The notes below the pieces were generated by a model, which made no database searches, was not told where the DNA came from, and saw only the letters and a list, made by a program, of their open reading frames with translations. A stretch of 62,036 bases of DNA, filler included, from Choristocarpus tenellus KU-1152 (taxonomy: Eukaryota; Protista; Phaeophyceae), in assembly GCA_964200185.2 (NCBI GenBank). It is 10 parts of 10 records of this genome, joined end to end, with 100 filler letters (N's around TTAATTAATTAA, not from the genome) between each part and the next. Parts side by side here need not be neighbours in the genome. Positions count along the whole stretch, not along the records: positions 11,836 to 23,851 come from CAXNAD020002025.1; positions 23,952 to 31,441 come from CAXNAD020006077.1; 8 more parts are not named here. One strand, given 5' to 3'. Below are positions 12,728-26,156 of the stretch, piece by piece (the stretch's first letter is position 1; each line of letters starts with the position of its first letter). The position numbers were made by a program, and so were the translations under genes.

Positions 12728-13684
12728 CGCAAATGTGGCCACTTGGTTCTTCATCGACATCACCTTTGAGGATGCCCTCAGGCGCATCATCTGGTCCCAT
12801 ATCAAGGCATGGCGAGAGGAGTGAGACCGAACCGATATGATGATAGATGATATTTGACCATACACACAGGCTCACACACATATGCCCACACATAGAGCTT
12901 TGCACGTATACGCTCATCTAATACCACATACCAAATAGAACATGCTCAGGACAAAGATGTATGAGTGGCAACATCAATCTCAATTGGGTATAGGAGTCAT
13001 AAGCCCACAGATGGAAAGAAGGGGAAATGAACCTCTCCCAAGGTATACCTTTTGCATATTGACTCAGTATAGATGTACAAAGCCCAAGTCAGCCAAAATC
13101 CCACTTTCTGTAAACCCATTCTCTCTTCGCCCCAGCTCAGTTCGTCCCCCCTCCCCCTCAGCCCCATACATGATTCCAATTTTTCCCTCAAGTTTCAACA
13201 ACACCCTCCGCTTCTTGGCAACCCTAGTCAAACGATACCGTCAAACTTTCAATGAAGTGCCTTATCCTACTGTCAGTCCTGGTACTCACCCTGATACCAT
13301 CACCCTCTCAAATATTCGGACCTGATTGAAGATGTCCATTCCTATGTCGACTTTTTCCGAAGGGGAGAACAATTCGTCTGAGGTGAAGTCATACCAAAAA
13401 CCAGACAAGTGCACAAATCGGCACAGTGATGAAGAAATGCGCTGAAAACACGTTGCCACCTTCGGAATCATAGAACAAACCATTAGAGACACATCATGGC
13501 TTGTCAAGTGCAACTAGGGGGGGGGGGGGGGGGGGGGGGGGGGGTGGGAGGGGCGTTGTGGACAACGGTGGGGTGGGGGGTAGGTTGTGAAGAAAAAAAA
13601 AAAACATGGGGGNNNNNNNNNNACTACAAAGGAGAAAGAAGAAAAAACAACCCAGCGACGGACAAAAGAGAAAAGAAAAAGAAA

Positions 13685-13741
<57 letters not shown>

Positions 13742-16700
13742 AAGGCTTAGAGGCTCGCTTTGGACATCACTGGGCTTGGTGTTAAGTTTGGCAACCAAAA
13801 GGAAACCTTTGAGGGTGTTTTTCACCAATAAAGAAGGCACTTGAAACCACCCAAGCACCTCAATAGCCTTGAGCTGTTTCATGCGGCAGTGCTACATTAT
13901 GTGCAGCAGTGCAAGGTTGGCAAATAGAACGTGTCAGAAGATTCAAAATGATGAACACCAAACATGCACTATCAAGCACAGAAATTGGCAGAGCGTAAAA
14001 CATCTATCCACTGTATACACACCCGCTCACGACATGCCCTTTGGTGCTCCTCCTGGGCCTGGACCTCCATTTTAATCTTGCACAGGCGAAGTCAGGGGTT
14101 AGGATTGTTGCTGTTAGCCACGCACCTTCCTCAGTTTGTAGTAATGGCTTCGATACAAGCACAGTATAGTCTGCTGTACTGTAGTTTGTCCTAGATGAAT
14201 GTGTGTCGACCTCAATGTATGCATGAATCTTGTTCTTTGTGTTTCTGTGCTCAATGCAATTTGTATTGGACCCCCCCCCACCTGCAAAATTGTGCTCAAT
14301 GCTCCTTCCTAGTTCAAAATGCCCCTTGCCATCACTCTAATTCATTGAAGTACTGAGTCAAAGTAAACGAGAGGTATCCAGGGTTGCATTTTTAGGATGC
14401 TGAAAAATATGTGTAAATTTTGGCGCTTTTTACAATTGCGTGTAGGATACTCGATTAATTCTGTCGTATCTTTTTTCGGAAACAATAAAAAACAATACTT
14501 CATCCATAGGAAAAGGGGTGAATTGCAAAAGATTGATTCAAATGGCTAAGGATGAAAAATGGCCAAAACCTGGGTACTCCTCTCCTTTACGCTGGCTCAA
14601 TTGTATGTAGCAGCACAAACTGGACTGCAGAGCTAAGTGACAGTTTGGAAATTGCACGAGAGGCACTGCTGTTGCAGTATGGTGCGCACAGAGTGTGGTA
14701 GGGCAACCCTCATAACAAAATCTATCCAATCACTGAGATTGTCAAGTTCAATTGAGCATTGGCAAAAGCTGACTGACACATTGGGAACCAGTTCAAGACT
14801 TTTAATCCCCCTTATTGCCCCGTGTCTAGAACATTGGACTTTTGACGCCCTCCTCAAATACCAGGGAGGGCATTAGTTGTCATCTTTAGTCTCCATGGAT
14901 GTCATTGATCAAATGGTGTGTGCTAGACACTGCTCCAAAGTATGCTAGATTCTTGAAGCTGGTAATTTGACAATAATGTGCGAACTGTGCTAAGGCAGTA
15001 TGTAGGGAGGGTTGTGAGCTAAGGCAGTAGTAGTAGATGTGTTAATCCTCCTCCCTGTATGAAATACACAACTGTATCACCCCAGGAACCAGAGCTAAGA
15101 ATATCAAAGAGAGGATCAGAAAAACGTAAGACAATTGTCTACAATGGGTATTAGACGCCCTACGGGGGTTAGAGAAGGAACATAGGGTGTACTGTGTGTG
15201 TGTGTGTCTGTCTGTCTGTCTGGGGTGGGGTATAAGCTGGACCAACTGTGTAAATTGTGTTTCACCTGTAAGATGAGAAAGGCTCTACATGTTTCATTGT
15301 CACATCAAGCTCAGATAGTTGATATCAGAGACTACAGCCTGCCCATCAATAGGAGTTTGAATGCACTTTGCTCGTGGAAGATAGCAGACCTATGGAATCC
15401 TGGTTACGTGGACACACCTCCCATTTACATACCAAAACATTTTGTGCAGGTTATATGAGGGGGAGAGGGGTGTTGCGAGTGCCTAGAAGCACCCTTGCCA
15501 TATAGGTTGCATAGTTTTGAACAAGAGGATGCTAGTCAGTGGCGGCTTGCTGCCCTCAATCCAGCATCACACAACAACACAAACTTTTTCTTCCATTTTA
15601 AGACTGAGAAGACAATCATACTGCTGCTCGTTTCACGTCATGTTTTTGAGAAGAGTGGACACCAAACGAACACAACACCGAAGAAGATAGTTAGAGCACC
15701 TACTTTAAGAGACCTTAAGAGATTTTAAGGGACATCAATATCGTTGAACAGCAATGTGAAAAGAGCTGAGGAAAGAGGTGGAAAAAAAAGGGGGGGGGTA
15801 ATTTTTTTCCCTTTCACACCCGTTCACACACACAAATACACGTGTCTTCCTTTCAGCAACTTGAAGGGATGAGGGACAGCAGAACCATCCGCCAAGCAAA
15901 CCTTGTGCATTAGTTCACTTTTCCACGAGGATGATTCGTGTGCTGATGACCAGCCTGCCTGTTTTTTGTTTTTGTTTTTTTTCGGTTGGTAACAAAAGCA
16001 TCAAGCGGTGCAGTGAAAAGATCTGTCATGCAGACAATCACATATACGGTTGAGGAGTGCATGCAAGTGGGCGGGTAGTCTTATGGCAAAATGAGGGCGA
16101 AAGGAAAGCCTCACTTCACCATCATCGGTGAAACTGTTTCCGTTTGTGAAGGTAAACACACGCCTCTATGCTCATGTTGCTTCTTTCTGTGTGTGCCATA
16201 GTAGTGTGTCAGAGTGAAACACCTTTCCAATGGATTTTGAAGTTGTTTGGAAGAGTACTCTGCTCTGCTCGGACCTCATTCGGTATCAATGAAATCGCAC
16301 AAGAACCTTCCACCTGTTGTGGAATGCTTGGGTGAGGCGTGCATCCACAGTAAACCCCCAAGGAAATACAGTAAAGGCTGGATTATGAATAATGCGAGGA
16401 GCGCACATCATGTTTTGGCTTGTAGAACATTGGTAATACAAGCAGCCATGGGACAATTCAACTAATCTCCTTGACTGTCAACACATCTGCCCAGCTTCAA
16501 CCCTTCAGAGCGGCCTCACAACAAGAGTCTCATGTCTCATGGCTTATCCCCAACAATGACCGCCTTCTCCCTATCTAAGCCACCAGTAGGCCTTACCATG
16601 AGAAACAAATACCATGCGTATAATGTGTAAGGGCAACCAGATATTGAGAGAGGGGGGAAGAAATCCTACAACTCGTGGGAAGTAATAGTAGAACAATTTT

Positions 16701-19700
16701 CCTTGTGCCAGCATACTTGTTTGAAAGATGGCAATGTAGATCCATTGTGTAAGTGGAAAGGGTTCAAAGTATTTGGGGGGGATGGCAACCATCCATTTGG
16801 GGTCAATTTTTTCATGTCGCGATCTTTGGGTGATTTGGTTGCATATGTCGAACGGATAATGTAAGTGTACTTTTCCTGGTTTTGGTCAAAATGGACTCCC
16901 TGGTGTAGACCGCCCCCACCCCCCCAGATACTTTGGGTCAAGGAGAGTGTGTAAGCTTATAAAATCATTGAGAGCTGTTTGCAATAGACTGCATCGTTAA
17001 ACCATGAATAATTATCCCGTATTGTAGAAGGTTCTCTCTGTCGGACAGTCAACTACAGGAGACCTTAGGGAGAGCGTACATAGCCCGTAGTATGGACGGC
17101 AGTGTAGGATTTCAAGGGGAGATAATGTTCTCTACCCTTCCAACCAAATTTAAATGGAAACAATAGTCTGATGCACTGAATACTCATGTGCCAAACATGA
17201 ATTGAGCGAAAATAAACAATGTATGCACTTGGGGTATTTCAGTGGGGAGCGGGAGTGGATTGAGAAAGTAAGTTGAGGTTACTGTTGTAGCAAGAGCTAA
17301 AATCAATAACTTCAAGTAGTAGAATACACTTGTGATTGGAAATTTTCTCCAACTCTGATATGACTTGTTGGGGAGGAAGACGGTGGTTGTAGCACTCCTT
17401 GATCATATTGTTTTCTTCACCTTTGTAGTTTAGATGCTATGTGTGAAAGCTCTACAGCTCTTATGGGCATTGCAATCAGGTGAGATCTAACCTAGCTTAG
17501 CCCTGCAAAAGTGGATGAGGAGGTAGGGAGGCATTCCGAGGATTTGACAGACCCCTTCTTGCCCATCCGCCTGGTGTCTCTAGCTTGAAATGAATGACAG
17601 GTCTTGTGAGAGCCACATGTGCAATGACAGACAACCATCTGTCATAAATAGGACCTGACAGCACCATTCCTACTATATCCTCCCGCCCTCTACCCATATA
17701 CTCTACCCCATACTGCATGTGTGGCTAACTCATCCAAGAACAATTCTGCTTGCTAGCAAGGTGCCCAGAACTTTACACCGCGGAGGTGTTGAGGTTGCAA
17801 CTTTGAGGGTCAAAGAACTCTCATAGTGGGTGCACTTTCATGCCTCAGCTGCAGCAGCAGCTACACCTTTGCTGGTGGATGAGAGGGGCTGATGGGAGTC
17901 TACTTGGAATTCTGCAAAAGCAACATGCAGGAAGAGGCCTTTGTCACAGTGGGGAGCTGAGACAGCATCTTTAAGTGCCCCAGCATGGAAGACCATATCC
18001 ATGTAGAAGTTCCTGTTCACTGTCAATTGACTACCATCCCCCATATTGCAAGTGACGCCTATTCCCTTGTAGAGTTGGCCTAGACGCTTTAATCATTGGT
18101 GTGTACTGGCGCACCTGTCCTCCTTCCCTAGGGCAGGCACGAGCATGTCGGGTGTTGACAATATGCTTCCTGCACCCAGGCACCGAGCACCTATTGGATA
18201 GGACCTCCTCTCTACCTAGAAGTCTGCTGACGGTAGGTCTAAACTCTAGGGAAGGGATCCGGCATGCTGGTTTCAGGGGTTGTGTAGAACCTCATGCATT
18301 GACCCCTTGTCCACACTTTCCCTGGAGGTAGGCCAGGGCGAGCAAAGAACTTTCCTTCCCTTGTTCTTCTGCGTCATCCAGGAGGTTGGCCAGTTTCGTC
18401 TGGAACGAGTCAAAAGATTCCTGTTCAGGAAGTGGGTGGTATCATGTTGTGCCCTCCCTGTGATGCTGAAACCATAGGCCACTAGAGTGTGGACCTCTGG
18501 GACGGGGGCAGGGGCTGTTGTTCCTCCCTAGTCTACGGAGCCTTGGCCAATAATCCAAGTCTTCCGGAGGGACCCCTGATCAGAGGAGGATGTGGATGGA
18601 TGATCCTAAGGCCTGAACTGTGGGGCTCATACAGATGGCCCATGTAAAAAACTACATGGGGCTGTCGTTGCCTTGCTAGGAGGGTGGGGTGGCCACTAGC
18701 CATCTCATAAAAGGTGTATGCTGGCCCTGTTTCATTGAGGGTAGGCCCAAGCCCTCCGAACTTGTGGGCATCTGTGCCTATATTTGTTGGTCTATTTCCA
18801 GGTAAAGAAACCCATTTTCACACCCACATCAAGAACTCAGTGGCTCCAGCTGAATCTGCTACCTCCATTATCTTCTCCATAGTCCACAACCAGGTGTTAT
18901 CAACTTGTTCCATGGTGGAGTGCGCCAGGTGGGGGGGAATGACCCTTACCAAATAACCCCGATGGGAACAAGGGACCAGGAGTTGAGGAGCCAGGTAACT
19001 TGTTTATCCTCCATCTCACTCAGGTGCATGGCCAACATTCGTGAGTCAAGCTCTCAATCTCCCCAGCCATGTGAGCTTCGATAAATTCATCTGCCCTACC
19101 AGAGTCATTAGAGTGACAAACCCATGTGGGTCCATAGCCAGGTTGATTCCTATGGATTCCTATGGTTGTTGAGAGACTCAGTTCCGAGGAAGTTCCCACC
19201 TAGATATTATCCAAAAGCTCATCGTATTCAAGACATGTTCCACAATCTGAGACCCAAAGCATTGAAGAGGGTAGGAGTTTTGCCCTGTTTGTCAATTCAA
19301 GGTTTGGCTTCCCACAGGTTTTTTATACCCTTTTCGGTTTTCGAAACATTTTTGAGTAGGTAAAATATATTCGACTATGAAAGGTGTGTCTGGAGCAAGG
19401 ATGCTGGCACTTGCTAACAAACACGATGCCCAAAATTACATTAAAATCGCAACATTGGATTTTGGACCCAAACGGATGCGGCCCTACCCTCTTAAATGCT
19501 TTGACTCTGACTGTCTCCCCACTCCACCTGCCACCCCTATATCCAACTTAAATCTAATATCTGAATCAAGAGTTAAACCTTTCCCCCCCTTTGATAAATA
19601 AAATCACCTCAAAGTCTTCAACTGGTCGTATTGGACCCTTTGGATCAGTGCCTCCTTCTCCCAGTCTCTTGTGCTGGGTCCTTGACTCCTGGCCTACATA

Positions 19701-20756
19701 GATGCCTTGATGATCTAGCCCCTAGTCATGTGATCAATGCCAAGGCACCACAATCTAATGGGAATATGAAGGATCTAGGTCTTGATTGGCAACATGCTTG
19801 ATTAACTGAGTTGGTTGCACACTGGGCTCAGCAGGAAGGGGTGGATTTTCTCCCTTAAGCAGTGTCAAATCTGTGTCAAAGTCATCATGGGTTGAGGGGA
19901 CCGCTGCTGCCAATCCAAATTGTTTGGGAGTAAGGACAAAAACATCTGAGTCATGGTTTTGTGCTGGTTGAACTATTCTGTAAGTTTCATTCTGCCAACA
20001 CCAGTTCCTTACTCTTTCTCTCTCATTTAGTTTCCAACTGTACAATGTGTAAAACAGCAGCAATGTGTGAAAGCACGAGGAAATTCGTTTTTTACACACT
20101 CGAATAAACCACCAAAACAAACGTTTGAAGCAACGTATTGTAGTAGAGTTGCATGCAACTAGGACTGAGCGTTACAGAGCATTCCCCTCAAACACAAACA
20201 CACAAGCACACATTGGACAAGCACCAACTACAACTATTGCAACTATTGTCAGAGGATAATTTCGCACCTCTTCATCATTGATCTCAGTCTGTGTCTTTTC
20301 ATGAACCAGCCGTTTCCCTCTGGTACCCAATACGATCCTCAGGGCCAACCTGCCGTCCTGTTCTCGGAGCACGGTTAGTCTGTCTGCTATTGAACAGCAA
20401 AGATGTTCCAAGTCGGCCCTCTTTGTGAAGTTAGGAGAGCTAATGTAGTAGCCAGTAGGGGCACCTGCTGAGCCTCTCTCCTCTTTTATCCTTCTTCCTT
20501 CCCTCTCTTCAGCCACCCTATTCACCTCACTATTATTACCACCTGCCTCTTCTACCCCCCCCACCCCCTCAACCTTTTGCTTAGGCTCTTTGAGAAGCCT
20601 TGGCTGCACACCGGAACTAGAACTGGAGACTGAAGAGGAGGTCGCAAGGGGCTGCAAACAGCTCACGTTGCTGGGATCTGTTGTAGTAACTTCTGCTCCC
20701 TGCTGTTCTCTGTTTGTGTCTGCCCAGGTAATCCAGTCATCCTTGTGGACCGTAAC
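12728..20756 (-). CDS. Putative internal exons of an unidentified multi-exon gene
   Basis: AG/GT-bounded open segments, each a multiple of 3: 20756-20268 (163 codons, VTVHKDDWITW…TQTEINDEE), 13459-13322 and 12790-12728. No recognisable domain, and linkage between them is unproven. Confidence 0.4.
14355..14598. mobile_element. MITE family C copy
   Basis: GAGTCAAAGTAAACGAGAGGTA…CCTGGGTACTCCTCTCCTTTACGCTGGCTC. Confidence 0.8.
16761..16939 (-). mobile_element. MITE family A copy with AAG target-site duplication
   Basis: AAG-GGTTCAAAGTAT…ATACTTTGGGTC-AAG. Confidence 0.9.
17497..19120 (-). mobile_element. Degenerate non-LTR retrotransposon with zinc knuckle and restriction-like endonuclease (CRE/NeSL-like)
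   Basis: Fragmented frames: C..PGC…VNTRHARAC (CCHC knuckle), MDMVFHAG…, GVAAAAAEA*K.THY. The 3' part (HFKLE.PG.WARR) is shared with the copy at 53830. Confidence 0.7.
19262..19507 (-). mobile_element. MITE family B copy, diverged
   Basis: Reverse match including GAAAGGTGTGTC..G…CAAGGAT and the CCCTCTTAAATGCTTTGACTC terminus. Confidence 0.8.
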
Positions 20757-21678
20757 CTTTTGCACAAGGCATGGATTGAGGTTGGGATTGAAATTGGGCA
20801 CGATTAGTATTGAGTTGAATGTGTTGGTTGGTAAGCCAAGGTGGTATACTTGAATCGAGCCATCTTTCCTTAGAGGGGGGTCATCGATTCAGACACTTCA
20901 GAGAACTTTGGGCTTTTTAATCCATCTGCCTAACACCCCATTTCCATGCCTGAAATTCAGCTAGCCCCCCTCAGGAAGTGTGGCAATAGAAAAGAGTATA
21001 CAATTGTTTGTCCAAATGGCCCATCAGAGTATGAGAGTCTTACGTACTAGAAGACAGTCATGGAAGGCCAATATGCTCAACGACACGGCCCTCGACGATA
21101 TATCATCACTCATCATGGATGGGTAGGGGTGGCAATGTATATAGGGCCAACAAGAAATGAGCACATGGGTATAAGATGAATGCAATGGATATCAAGTGGT
21201 TTGGGTACTGGGTAAAGGTGTTGACAAGTAGGGCTTGCGCTGGTGGTTTGACTTGGAATTGTCAAACAGGGTAGAGCTCCCTTCGTAGATAGGGGTGAGG
21301 AAGTGGTACTGAGATAAAAATTCGGGGAGAGCTGGGCTTCTGATAAAGATAGATTAGAAATGGAGGACATGGGGGTAGCACTTGCATTGTTCTTATAGGA
21401 CTTAAGACAGGGATCACTTGGAGGGAGGTGGGCATGGGGATGGATGACTTGCAGGAGGGCTGAAGACCATAACAATAAATACTATTCATCGTTATCGCTG
21501 TTGTGAAAATGGAAAAAGGAAAACTAAGCTACTTCGATGCACCCCTCATTTTATTATTATCATTTGTTTTTTCACTTGAGATTCTTGACATTCCAAGTAT
21601 GAGGCTCCCATTACACAAACGACTTTGGAGGAACCCGAAAAGCTCCGAACCTGACGACAAGTGAACTGAAGTGAAATA

Positions 21679-22200
21679 AAGCCAAACCCAATTGAGAGGT
21701 AGGCAAGTTTGGAACTTTTTTGCAGTCTAGGCCATCTTTCTTTCCATGTGCAATACACTCTGAGTCAAACTATCTTAGAGGGTAGAAACGCGTCCATTTG
21801 GGGGCCAAAATCCAATGTTGCAATTTTGATGTAACTTTAGCTATAGTGTTTGTTGAGAGATGCAAATATTCTTGTTGCGGACACACCTTTTCATAACGTA
21901 CACAATTTACCTACTCTGAAACGTTTCAGAGTAAGTAAAATGTAATTAAAAACCTGTGGGAAGCCAAGCCCCAAATGGACAAACAGGGAAGAACTCGTAC
22001 CCTCTAAGATACTTTCACTCCCTACTCCATTGCCTTATTGCACGATACTGTACACATATCAATATTTTCCCTTTCCAAACACAAAGTGATACCACAATCA
22101 AGCAAAGGCTCTTTCTGCAATTGCACAAAATTACATCTTCTTGCCCTTTCTCGGAGTCCTTAAAATGGAGCCGTGGCCTACCTCTCAATTGGTTTGGCTC
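21679..22200. mobile_element. MITE family D, host of a family B insertion
   Basis: TIRs .AGCCAAACCCAATTGAGAGGTAGGC / GCCTACCTCTCAATTGGTTTGGCTC. Confidence 0.8.
21762..22020 (+). mobile_element. MITE family B (~260 bp), nested in family D
   Basis: TIRs GAGTCAAA(G/C)TATCTTAGAGGGTA / TACCCTCTAAGATACTTTCACTC. Confidence 0.9.
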
Positions 22201-22255
22201 TGTAAGATCGTCCTGAAGTTGAAAAAGTTCACACGTACAAAAAGATGAAGTGCAG

Positions 22256-22764
22256 GAGTCAAATTATCTTAGAGGGTAGAGCCACGTCCGTTTGGGGAAT
22301 GCAAATCCAATGTTCCGATTTTGACGTGATTTTGGCTATCGTGTTTGTTAGGAAGTGTCAATATCCTTGTTCCGGACACACCTTTTCATAACATGTACAT
22401 TTTGCCTACTGCAAGACATTTCAGAGTAGGAAAATGTCATTAAAAAAAACCGTGGGAAGCCAAGCCCCAAACGGACGAACAGGACAAAAATCGTACCCTG
22501 AGTCAAAGTATCTTAGGGGATAGAGCCTCGTCCATTTGAGGACCAAAATCCAATGTTGCCATTTTGATGTAATTTTGACTATTGTGTTTGTTAGGAAGTG
22601 TCAATATCCTTGTTCCCGACACACCTTTTCATAATATAATAAACATTTTACCTACTCCGGAACATTTTGGAGTAGGAAAATGTCATTAAAAAAAAACCCA
22701 AGGCAAGCCAAGCCCCAAATGGACAAACAGGGCAAAACTCGTACCCTCTAAGATACTTTCACTC
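22256..22764 (+). mobile_element. Head-to-tail dimer of MITE family B (22256-22499 and 22500-22764)
   Basis: Two direct copies. The first loses the outer part of its right TIR at …CGTACCCT|GAGTCAAAG. Confidence 0.88.
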
Positions 22765-23080
22765 ACTGGAACGGGCAGAATACTGTAGGCTAGGTGCTCA
22801 CCTCAGCACCACCTATATTTTTATGAGTATATGAGAATTTTCATACTCCTCTTCTATTGGCACCCAGCATGATACCATGAGGTCCGACTGCTGCATATTT
22901 CCATGGTGCAGCAACAAAGATCTAGCTCCCAAGTGGCATGGATATCGCAAGACTCGGGTTAGATTTATTGCAGTGGCCAAGTACAATGTTTCTGCAGATA
23001 AAATTGTGAAAATGGATAAATGTGTGGTTCGTGTGTATGTATGTATGTATGTATCTGTGTGTGTGTGTGTGTGTTTCTGT

Positions 23081-23250
23081 GTATCCATTGTAGAGCAATT
23101 ACGAGAGGAAGGTGAGTAAACGGAATAATAATAATAAAGTATCCATTGTAGAGCAATTACAAGAGGAAAGTGAGTAAACGGAATAATAATTAAAAAGTAT
23201 CCATTGTAGAGCAATTACAAGAGGAGGGTGAGTAAAAGGAATAATAATAA
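23081..23250. repeat. Tandem repeat, 3 x ~58 bp
   Basis: Unit GTATCCATTGTAGAGCAATTAC(A/G)AGAGGA..GTGAGTAAA.GGAATAATAAT…. Confidence 0.9.
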
Positions 23251-23996
23251 AAAAATGAAAAAAAAACTAGATAGGATGGTTTAGAAAGAAAAAAAAATTG
23301 GTATCGGAGTATTTCGAAAGCAAGAGTGCTATGGACTGGACTGAACAAAATGAGTGCTTCCCGATGCGACATTACTAACACGCTACATGCACACAATACC
23401 CCAAAAAGGATGAAGGATATAACCCTCGCAACAAGTACTCCAGTGGTCTTTGAGTACAATTGTCCCGGCTACCTACACTCTTCGCTGCTTACCACATTAG
23501 TCATGTCCCAACCCCGAGAGGCTTCCCACCCACAAACCAAGACTTCTGATAGCGCCCCATTACTCCAGACTCCCTGAGGGGGGAAATATGTGTTGGAGGG
23601 AGATGACAAGGGGAAAAGGGGCTGGTGTGAGAGTGGGGAAGGAATAGTGAACAGCGCGTATAACAACACTGGTGGGTATGGAGCAATGTTTATTGACATA
23701 TCCTCATGCCTCTTGGCTAATCAGCACCGTGGATGTACTGGGTTGATCCGGAAGAAGTGAAGTGAATTTAGTGAACAAGGTTTCCATGGACCTTGAATAT
23801 TTTTCTTGGACAGGCTAAAAGTGTCTAAGGGGGAGGGGGGGGTGTCTACACNNNNNNNNNNNNNNNNNNNNNNNNNNNNNNNNNNNNNNNNNNNNTTAAT
23901 TAATTAANNNNNNNNNNNNNNNNNNNNNNNNNNNNNNNNNNNNNNNNNNNNGGGGGAGGGGGTTGGGCAGGTTTTTTCCTCAGTTCGACCATTACA

Positions 23997-24135
23997 AGCC
24001 CAAAAGTTTGGGGGGGGGGGGGGGGGGTCTACACTGCCATATCCCGACGTATGCAACCAAATCACCCAAAAATCGTGACACGAAAAAATTGACCACAATT
24101 GGACAGCCACTACCCCCTCCCAGATACTTTGAGAC
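23997..24135 (+). mobile_element. MITE family A copy, internally deleted
   Basis: Both TIRs and the CAACCAAATCACCCAAAAATCG core are present. Confidence 0.8.
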
Positions 24136-24770
24136 ACAATTACTGGAGTCTGGGCCATGGTCACTACCTGGCCTATGGCCTGGACATGTTGAACAGTTGA
24201 CAACCATGGACCAGCCTCTAATAGAAAATATTGGTACTGGGCGACTAACGGTCTGTTCATCTTGAAATAGGTGGCGGCCGTAGTCTTTGAAGAAATTATT
24301 AAGATTACTGGACCAGACTGCTTATGATGTCCCAAAAAAATATATCCCAAATGCATGTATATGTGAATGAAAGTGTTTGTTATACGAGATCCCTTCAGTC
24401 GCTCTCTTTCCCATCACATTGCTACTACATAACGTACTGTAATCGGATAGGCCAGCCTGTGGCCTGGTCTGGATACACCATCTGGCAGCACTCTTTTGGA
24501 AATTTTGGTAAATACTCGAGCCTGTCCAACCATTATAGGGCTGGATAGGTTCCAATACTTAGTGGACCTGGTCAGGACATAGGATAAAATATTTGAACCC
24601 TGGACCGGACAGGTTTTTTAACCTTTGTGGATGCAACCGGCCTCCTTCACATTTCCCTGACCTGACAAAATACCCTGTCAACTAGTAATATTCATAGTAC
24701 ACGGACAGTTATTTCATACGTAGAGTACTCCGAAGGAGTTCAAGTGATGAGTAGTGCAGTTGGTAGTAGT

Positions 24771-25041
24771 GAGCCGAAATAAACAAGTGGTACCCAGGTT
24801 TTGACCGTTTTTCGCTTCCAGTCAATTTTTTCCTCTTTGCAATTCATTCTTACATCTATGGGTGAAGTACTAAGATTAACTTCAGACCGTTGAGTCCTCT
24901 CTTGTTTGAAACATTTGGACAGAATTCAGAGAATTCTCTATACGCATCTGTGCAAAAAGTTCGAATATGTACACGTTCGTCAGCATCATTGACATGCATC
25001 CATAACATGCAAACCTGAGTACCTCTAGTTTGCTTTGACTT
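24771..25041. mobile_element. MITE family C copy with AGT target-site duplication
   Basis: AGT-GAGCCGAAATAAAC…TTTGCTTTGACTT-AGT. Confidence 0.78.
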
Positions 25042-25247
25042 AGTGATTCTGTCCATGGGTCGAGCTAGGTCCCCAGTCCCAAAATAAAGTGAAGATAATA
25101 GGATGTCTTTACCTAGTAAACTATTGGTTCTTACCCCCTCCATCTTGGTATTGACTCAATTATGTTTGTATTTCCACCACTTTTTCCACATACTTTGTAT
25201 CTACTTACAAGTATAATGCACACAAACATAATCCACACTTGAGATCC

Positions 25248-25431
25248 TACTCACAGTATCTGGGGGGGGGGGGGGGGGGGGGGTCTACACCAGGGTGTCC
25301 ATTCGGGCCCTGACCAGGAGAAGTGCACTTACACTATTCATCTGATGCATGGAACCAAATTACCTAAAAGTCGCGAGATGGAAAAATGGACCTGAAAGGA
25401 CATTTGCCAACTCCCCCAGATACTTTGTGCC
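25248..25431 (+). mobile_element. MITE family A copy, diverged
   Basis: GTATCTG(n)TCTACACCAGGGTGTCCATT…CCCCCAGATACTTTG. Confidence 0.8.
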
Positions 25432-25895
25432 ATCCTAAGGAAAAAGATGCTGATGTGTGTATTTGTGTTGGATGCACTCACCACATCGCTGAACGACTTG
25501 TACTGAGTGGCAGAGGACCATATTCTTGATTGAAACTCGGTGAATGATTATGTTCATTGCAATGTGGAGTGGGGGTTTCCAGATCTTATCACTAGACACA
25601 CGTGGTTGTGGTAGAGAAGGAAGTGTAGTCCTGCTGTTCAGTTCTATGTGCACTTGCATGATGCTAACCTTCAGAGAACCCTGATTTGTCTTTACTTTAT
25701 ATATCATCGTGTCATTATTGGGTACCTTTGATATCTAGTTTACTCCATCGAGGTGAATGTAGCGCTTGATATTACTTTCTCCTATCTGCCAATAACATAT
25801 AATTGGTACAAATATATATGGAGCACACATCTTGTTGTGTGACTCATTATGGTCCAACAAGATATGACCACTAAGCATGTTTACTCTTGTGTTGT

Positions 25896-26156
25896 GAGCC
25901 AAAGTAAATGAGAGGTACCTGGGTTTTGACTGTTTTGCATTTTGAGCCAGTTTTTCAATTTTTTACAATTTACCCATATTTCTATGGATGAGTGCTAAGT
26001 TTGAATTGAGAGCATTGCTTTCTTGATTGTTTGATGAGACTTTTCAACAGATTTCAGAAAACATGAAAAATCCATTTGTACAATAAAAGACGATTTTGTA
26101 CTTGTATGTCAGCATCCTTGAAACGCAACTCTGGGTACCTCTAGTTTACTCATCTC
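25896..26156. mobile_element. MITE family C copy
   Basis: GAGCCAAAGTAAATGAGAGGTACC…GGGTACCTCTAGTTTACT; aligns with 1400-1655. Confidence 0.82.

Noticed and set aside
13496-13882. Poly-Gly/poly-Pro ORFs and long G/C homopolymers (also 37499-37988, 57689-57955)
   Set aside because: They sit at scaffold gaps and contig ends. They are low-quality or simple-repeat sequence, not proteins.
21000-21480. Possible LINE 3' remnant
   Set aside because: Too decayed; no clear zinc-knuckle or RT motif.
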